64,000 nt of DNA. Origin: Planctomycetota bacterium. Lineage in GTDB: Bacteria; Planctomycetota; UBA11346. Made by a program: the position numbers and the translations under genes. The stretch covers positions 23,627 to 87,626 of the forward strand of contig JANQLF010000122.1 in assembly GCA_028280785.1 (NCBI GenBank), given 5' to 3'. The number at the start of each line of letters is the position of its first letter. Position 1 is the first letter of the stretch. Below, piece after piece: positions 58,085 to 64,000 of this stretch. The notes below the pieces were generated by a model. That model saw only the letters and a list, made by a program, of their open reading frames with translations. It was not told where the DNA came from and made no database searches.

Positions 58085-60490
58085 ATGATGAAGCGTCAAT
58101 TGACCATGGTAGCCACCATGACAGCAATGTTGTGTTGGCCTGCTTTACAAGCAGAAGAAGCTCAACCTAAACCAAAGACAGCAGCGGAGTTGCTTGAAGA
58201 AGTTGGCAACGAAGCGGACCTCGATACCTCAGCACGTTATGCCCAAGCCGATGCAGCCTATGTGCAAGCTAAGGCCTATTACGATGCAACGCGTTTCCAA
58301 GAAGCGAAAAAAGAAATCGACCGTGCTATTCGTTTATTTCCAGAGCACAAATTAGCGCAGCAATTGCGTAATAATATTTATTCGGTTTTAGGTAAGCGCG
58401 GTAACGCTTTACAGCAATTGGCGACCTACGCTAACATGCAACAAAATGTTGCGCTCCAAGAGCAAGCAGTGCGCATGATTCGCATGCTCAACGAAGGCGA
58501 TGAATTTTTTGCTGCTGGTGATTATGCCAATGCCTTTGACCGTTACGATCGTGTATCGATTCAAATGCGTACGTTTACCTATCGTTTTGACTGGGGTGAA
58601 TTACCAAAAGAAGTTGAACGTAAATTACGCATGGCCGAAGCTAAAATTCGTGAAGAAGATTTGGATCGTACCAATCAAGCACGTGCGAAAGCGTTAGCCT
58701 TACAAAAAGAAAAGACCCAAATGCAAGAGCAGGCTCTTGCACAAAAAGTTAATCAAATTTTATACCGTGCTGCACAAGCCTATAATCGTCACGATTTTTC
58801 TCGTGCGCAAACCTTAGCATGGGATGCCTATGAAATGGATCGCCGCCGCGAAGATGCGCGTAGCATGTACTTACGTGCGCGTCGTGCCGGTCACGTTCAA
58901 TTCGAAGATTATATTCGTGAAGAGCGCGCTGAGCGTTTAGCACGTGTGAATGAAGAAATGCATCAGACTTTAATTCCACAAGTCGATGTGTTGCTGTATC
59001 CTGAAGATTGGTTCAAGAAATCATTGCGTAAGCCAACAGAGTTGGGCGACGATACCGAAGAGCCATGGGTACAGGTTTTACGCGACCGCTTAGATGAAGT
59101 GGTAACGGTTAACTTTGAAGACACACCACTTGAAGATGCGATTGCCTTTTTGCGTAATCAGACCGGTGTGAACTTCATTATTGCTAACGAAATTTTTGAA
59201 AGCGATCCTCCACCAATCACGCTGCGCGCTACCAACATGAAGCTGCGCACAGCACTGAAGTGGATTTTAGAAGTTACTGATTTGAAAATGGCTATTCGTG
59301 ATGAAGCAATTTTCATTTCAACTGAAGATGTACGTGGCGATATTTTACTGCGCATGTACGACATCAGTGACTTAACTTCTCCAGTTCGTGACTTCCCAGG
59401 TCTTGAGCTTGCTTACAACGCTGCTGGTACTTCTGGCGGTGGTGCAAGTTTATTCGCTGATGCTGGCTTTGATGATGATGAAGGCGGTATCGACCCTGAA
59501 GAAATTGCTGACTTTATTCAAGAAAGTGTGGCGATTGATTCTTGGGATGAAGACGGTGTTGGTATCACAACCCGCGCTGGTGGTACGCTCTTTGTGAGCC
59601 AAACCAGTGAAGTTCATGATTTAATTGGTCAATTATTGGTGAGCTTGCGTAACCAGCAAAGCTTGCAGGTGCATTTACAAATTCGTTTACTTGATGTGAC
59701 CAAAGGCTTCTTCGAAGAAATTGGTGTTGATTGGACGATTGCGAATGACAACCGCAGCGCTGAGTTCCTTGGCTCATCTGATAACAACTTGCCACCACGT
59801 CGAACCACCAACGGTTTCGATCCACAGTTAACTGGTTTATTTTATACACATGACTTGAACTACGATGGCTCGTTTGACTTACCACAGGTTAATGCGCTGT
59901 TAATTGCTGCTGAGTCTGAAAACGATTCACAAATCTTAGAAGCGCCAGAAATCACCTGCTTTAATGGTCAACGTGCAAACGCGACCTTTGTTAACCAATT
60001 CGCCTATATCTTTGACTATGACGTGCAAACTGGTTCTGGTGGTAACGGTACACTCGACCCACAAATTCGAATCTTGAATTTTGGTACGCTACTCGACGTA
60101 CGCCCAGTTGTGTCTTCTGACCGTAAATACATCACCATGGAAGTTCGCCCATCATCAGCGATTTTATTACGTACCGATATCGCTCAGTTGGTTGCATTAA
60201 CCACCGTTGCGAACTTTGGTGTGTCGCTGTTCTTACCAATCGAATTGCCAGTTATCGAAATTCGTACCATGCGTTCGACCGTGATGTTGCCTGATAAAGG
60301 TACCTTGGCGATCGGTGGCTTTACCAATGCGGTACGTCAACGTTCACACGCCGGTATTCCATTCTTGGCACACATTCCGTTCTTAGGCCGTCTCTTCGGT
60401 CGTAACGGTGTCTACGATGATAACCGTCGTCTCTACTACTTGCTGACTGCTGAGATCATTGACCTCGCAGAACGCGAGTCGCTGAACTAA
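58085..60490 (+). CDS. TPR-containing secretin (PilQ/GspD-like), paralogue 1
   Basis: Signal peptide, TPRs, VNFEDTPL, YDISDL, APEIT.FNGQRA, V.PVVSSDRKYI, GIPFL..IPFLGRLF. Confidence 0.85.
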   Translation: MMKRQLTMVATMTAMLCWPALQAEEAQPKPKTAAELLEEVGNEADLDTSARYAQADAAYVQAKAYYDATRFQEAKKEIDRAIRLFPEHKLAQQLRNNIYSVLGKRGNALQQLATYANMQQNVALQEQAVRMIRMLNEGDEFFAAGDYANAFDRYDRVSIQMRTFTYRFDWGELPKEVERKLRMAEAKIREEDLDRTNQARAKALALQKEKTQMQEQALAQKVNQILYRAAQAYNRHDFSRAQTLAWDAYEMDRRREDARSMYLRARRAGHVQFEDYIREERAERLARVNEEMHQTLIPQVDVLLYPEDWFKKSLRKPTELGDDTEEPWVQVLRDRLDEVVTVNFEDTPLEDAIAFLRNQTGVNFIIANEIFESDPPPITLRATNMKLRTALKWILEVTDLKMAIRDEAIFISTEDVRGDILLRMYDISDLTSPVRDFPGLELAYNAAGTSGGGASLFADAGFDDDEGGIDPEEIADFIQESVAIDSWDEDGVGITTRAGGTLFVSQTSEVHDLIGQLLVSLRNQQSLQVHLQIRLLDVTKGFFEEIGVDWTIANDNRSAEFLGSSDNNLPPRRTTNGFDPQLTGLFYTHDLNYDGSFDLPQVNALLIAAESENDSQILEAPEITCFNGQRANATFVNQFAYIFDYDVQTGSGGNGTLDPQIRILNFGTLLDVRPVVSSDRKYITMEVRPSSAILLRTDIAQLVALTTVANFGVSLFLPIELPVIEIRTMRSTVMLPDKGTLAIGGFTNAVRQRSHAGIPFLAHIPFLGRLFGRNGVYDDNRRLYYLLTAEIIDLAERESLN

Positions 60491-60514
60491 TAGACTGTAA
60501 AAGGTTTTCGTTTA

Positions 60515-62929
60515 GTGAAGCTAATGAGCACCGCTGTTTTAATTAACAAGGGCCTGACTCTCTGTCAGGTCCTTTTGCTCATGGCATTTATTTCGTTGCA
60601 GGCAGAAGAAATAAAAACAACGCCAACAAAAACTGATGGCAACGTTGATGCCGAAATCATGGCGCTGCTACATGAGGCAAAGAAGCTCGAAGAAGCTGGT
60701 CGTTTTGCTGATGCACGTCAAAAATACTCGCAAGTTTTAAAAATCACTCCAGGTGATTATGATATCCGTCGCAAAATTGTGGAAGTTGGATTGGAGCGTC
60801 CTGACGCAGGATTTAGTTATTTTGTCGAACACCAATTAATGGCTGTTGAAGCGCAGACGCACATGTTACGTGCCGAACAGTTTTATAAAAAAGGGCAAAT
60901 ACAATTAGCACTTGATGAATTAGATTATGCAGAGGCTTTGCATAATCGAACCAAGCAAGCCTTGACGAATACCGATGTTTCACGTTTGCATGAATTGCGC
61001 GTCTTATTATTTCGTGCGCGCAAAGACAATGAGTTAGCGGAGCGTGAAAAACAACGCCTTGAAAATCAGCGTCGCATGGTTGCGGTGGTGCAGGATAATG
61101 AAGTGCGCGAACGTAATATTTTTGAACAACGTTTGGCGCGTATTTCAGATTTAGTTAAAAAAGCCTTATACGAGCGTGCTCTGGTATTAAGCCGTAATTT
61201 AGTTCGCGATTATCCAGCAAATCCAGCAGCTGACACTATGTTCATGCATGTTGTCGATTTAGCGCACAAGCAACGTCAGCTGAGTTTCGATGAAAGCATG
61301 GAGAATCTCAAGCGTGAAATTCGCCATCAGATGCATGAAGGTTTGATTCCTAAAGCTTGGGATGGCATGCCGATTTACCCAGAAGATTGGAATACGCGTA
61401 TTAACACGCGTGAAGTGTCTTACTATGAAATCGATATACCTGATTGGAAAGTAGCACTGCAAAATAAAATGGCTGAGCGCACCTCGGTGAATTTCGAAGA
61501 TCAAGATATTGGTGATGCACTCGATTTTTTAAGTACACGTCTAGGCGTTAATATTGTTGTTGATCCCGATGTCCGTGCATCTGGAACGGTCGTCAATATT
61601 CAAGCGCGTAATATGACCATCGGTAATATTTTATCGTGGCTAGCACAGCAAGCAGATAGCCAGTGGGAATATTATAACGAAGCGATTTATTTCGGACCAC
61701 CGCAAGAACAAGAGCCGGTTACTCGTATTTACGATGTTGGTCAGTTAGTTTATGCTGCCCCTGATTTCCCAGGAGTCGAACTGGTACTTGGCAGCGGACA
61801 ATCAGGCGCGAGTGGTGGTGCCGGTTTATTCAGTGAAGATGATGGTTTCGATACCGATGGCGGCATCGCTCCTGAAGATTTAATCGATTTATTGCAAGAA
61901 ACAGTTAACCCAATTGGTTGGGAAGATCACGATGACTGGGGCATTCGCGTTCGTGGTTCTACATTGATGATCACTGCTAATGCTGATACCCATTTATTGA
62001 TTCGCGAATTTATTCATGGCATGCGCGATGCGAATGATTTATTAGTTAATATTAGTGCTCGTTGGGTAACCATCAGCGATATCTTTGTTGAAGAAATTGG
62101 TTTAAACTTTTTAAACGAAGGTCGTTTAGACAATGTAGTTAACGAAGCCATTCATCCGAGTCGTCCACGTGACCCTGATGATGACGTCGATTTTGGCATT
62201 AATGTTGAGCATGTGCTGCCAGGTTCAGCTGTCTCGACTGCGCAAACAATCTTGGATCGTGGTTTGCGCTTGGACTTCGCGGTCATCGACGCCATTCAAA
62301 TGGTTGCAGTCTTTGAAGCCTTCCAGATCAAAGAAAAGGGTCGCGTCCTCGAAGAGGTCTCACTGACCGTTCATAACGCGGCTCGCGCTAATGCCTTTAT
62401 GGCCCGCAGCATCGCCTACATCCGTGACTATGATGTGGAATCAGGTGCTGTTGGTGGTGGTAATGGTCAGATCAGCCGCCTCGATCCACAAATTGGCATC
62501 CTCAACGTTGGTGCCGCTCTTGATATCAAACCATTTGTGAGCTCAGACCGCAAATACGTGAGCTTGGACCTGCGTCCGAGCTTCACCACGGTTGAGTTCG
62601 ACATTGCCGTTATTGTTGCCATTCAGCAGTTCAATGCTGGTGCTCTGGGGCGTCCGCCTTCAGAGATGGCCTTCCCCATCGAACTGCCGATTGTACGCAG
62701 TAAACAGGTCCGCACGCGTGTCATGATCCCCGATCGAGGCACGATTTTGGCTGGTGGATTCGGTGAGCACATCGAGCAAAATTCCTATGCGCAAATACCG
62801 GTACTTGGTAATCTGCCGTTCATAGGTCGTTTGTTTGGTCGCAGGGCTATACGTGAATCACGTCAATCCCTGTATCTGATGGTGACTCCTAAGATTATCA
62901 TGTTCTCGGAATTGGAGACGTTACAGTGA
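60515..62929 (+). CDS. TPR-containing secretin, paralogue 2
   Basis: Same architecture; P.VSSDRKYV, IELP, IPVLGNLPFIGRLF. Confidence 0.85.
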   Translation: MKLMSTAVLINKGLTLCQVLLLMAFISLQAEEIKTTPTKTDGNVDAEIMALLHEAKKLEEAGRFADARQKYSQVLKITPGDYDIRRKIVEVGLERPDAGFSYFVEHQLMAVEAQTHMLRAEQFYKKGQIQLALDELDYAEALHNRTKQALTNTDVSRLHELRVLLFRARKDNELAEREKQRLENQRRMVAVVQDNEVRERNIFEQRLARISDLVKKALYERALVLSRNLVRDYPANPAADTMFMHVVDLAHKQRQLSFDESMENLKREIRHQMHEGLIPKAWDGMPIYPEDWNTRINTREVSYYEIDIPDWKVALQNKMAERTSVNFEDQDIGDALDFLSTRLGVNIVVDPDVRASGTVVNIQARNMTIGNILSWLAQQADSQWEYYNEAIYFGPPQEQEPVTRIYDVGQLVYAAPDFPGVELVLGSGQSGASGGAGLFSEDDGFDTDGGIAPEDLIDLLQETVNPIGWEDHDDWGIRVRGSTLMITANADTHLLIREFIHGMRDANDLLVNISARWVTISDIFVEEIGLNFLNEGRLDNVVNEAIHPSRPRDPDDDVDFGINVEHVLPGSAVSTAQTILDRGLRLDFAVIDAIQMVAVFEAFQIKEKGRVLEEVSLTVHNAARANAFMARSIAYIRDYDVESGAVGGGNGQISRLDPQIGILNVGAALDIKPFVSSDRKYVSLDLRPSFTTVEFDIAVIVAIQQFNAGALGRPPSEMAFPIELPIVRSKQVRTRVMIPDRGTILAGGFGEHIEQNSYAQIPVLGNLPFIGRLFGRRAIRESRQSLYLMVTPKIIMFSELETLQ

Positions 62930-64000
62930 ATACACATAACATAAGTTGGAAACAGCGCTTACTGCACTTGGTCCCAAGTGTAGCTTTGCTTGTTTCATGT
63001 CAGACCTTTGCGATGGCTGAGGATGCGGCGACCGAGCCAGCAACCGATGATACCGTCAAAACGACTGAAGATGACCCGAAGCCAACCCCTGCACCAGTGG
63101 TTACGGCAGATGATCGTCTGAAGGAACTGGCAGCTGCTCTTGAGCGAGCCAAAGACGGCAACTCAGCGGTGGCCAAATTTAACTACGACCAAGGCCTCAA
63201 AGCTTACGCCGAGAACCGCCTCGATGATGCCATCAATCATCTGCGTGTTGCTGTTGACGCAGAGCCGAATAACGATGGCTACCGCAAGAAGCTGCGTGAA
63301 GTTGCTGCTGCTGCTGGCGCCATTGGCGATCCACGTGATGTGATGGCCGATAACATCGCTGATACCTTATCAGTTGAGCATCAACGTCTCTTAATCGAAA
63401 TCGAACAACGCATCGAAGAGGGTAAGACCCACTTGATGCGTGAAGAATACAGCCAGGCGAAGAAGAGCTTCAACATGGCAAAGGTACGTTTGCAAAACTT
63501 ACCGATTGCTAATCTGAATCGTGAACCACGTCTGCGTGAAGTAGAAGCTTTAATCGAAGAAACTGACAAGCGTAGCCATGCAGCGGATCTTGCTGATGCG
63601 AGCGAAGCAAATGCACAGGCACAACAACGTCAGCAAGAATTACGCGATTATAATTTACGCCTCGAGAAAAACCGTATCGATGCGATGTTAGCACGCGCAC
63701 AAAAAGCGCGTGCCCGTCGTAATTACGATGAAGCCATTTTATACTGCCAAAATGTATTAAAAATTAATCCATCTGAAGCACGTGCTCATGACATGTTAGT
63801 TCGCGCTCGCCGTGAACGTCACGTTTACTTACGTCAAATCACCGCTGACTTGTGGGATGAAGAGCATCTTCGTCTTTCTGAGCAAATTCAGGAGGATATG
63901 CTCCCCCAGCTGGAACTAGTCCAGTACAGCGATGAATGGCATGAAATTGATGCACGACGTTCTGCACCTTCACGTACTGGGCTTGATGATACCGAAGCAG
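62926..64000 (+). CDS. Third TPR-secretin-like paralogue (runs off the window)
   Basis: GTG overlaps the previous stop; open frame; RARRERH...MLPQLELVQYSDEW matches RARRAGH...LIPQVDVLLYPEDW of paralogue 1. Confidence 0.75.
   Translation, partial: MNTHNISWKQRLLHLVPSVALLVSCQTFAMAEDAATEPATDDTVKTTEDDPKPTPAPVVTADDRLKELAAALERAKDGNSAVAKFNYDQGLKAYAENRLDDAINHLRVAVDAEPNNDGYRKKLREVAAAAGAIGDPRDVMADNIADTLSVEHQRLLIEIEQRIEEGKTHLMREEYSQAKKSFNMAKVRLQNLPIANLNREPRLREVEALIEETDKRSHAADLADASEANAQAQQRQQELRDYNLRLEKNRIDAMLARAQKARARRNYDEAILYCQNVLKINPSEARAHDMLVRARRERHVYLRQITADLWDEEHLRLSEQIQEDMLPQLELVQYSDEWHEIDARRSAPSRTGLDDTEA

Overview
A bacterial chromosomal window, probably PVC superphylum and likely Planctomycetota (inferred from the gene set: TPR-secretin paralogues, a Ser/Thr kinase, an FHA-GAF-sigma54 activator and a sulfatase). 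Housekeeping genes include kptA, topA, hisS, mutL, an ABC-F ATPase, yajC-secDF, htpG and a pilM/secretin cluster. An ~18 kb island (12075-30225) is integrated in tRNA-Gly(GCC) between 48-bp att repeats. It carries two paralogous tyrosine recombinases, a satellite-like replication/regulation module with a frameshifted DUF927 helicase, and defence cargo: a Type ISP restriction-modification enzyme, a PHP-ATPase (TrlF/Ppl-like), a papain-fold peptidase + TIR-zinc-ribbon pair, and an XRE + LRAT-like pair. The most striking observation lies outside the island. Three unrelated housekeeping genes (hisS, mutL, ABC-F) each end in a recoded 3' end, followed by a 100-130 nt structured non-coding element ending in hairpin-AAACAAAA(A)G, followed by a second in-frame copy of the same gene end including its stop codon. 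The copies differ only synonymously for mutL and ABC-F. Two more element copies lie back-to-back after secDF. This looks like a non-autonomous mobile element family that inserts inside gene 3' ends and supplies a recoded replacement; I do not recognise it as a described family. All alignments and counts were done by eye.
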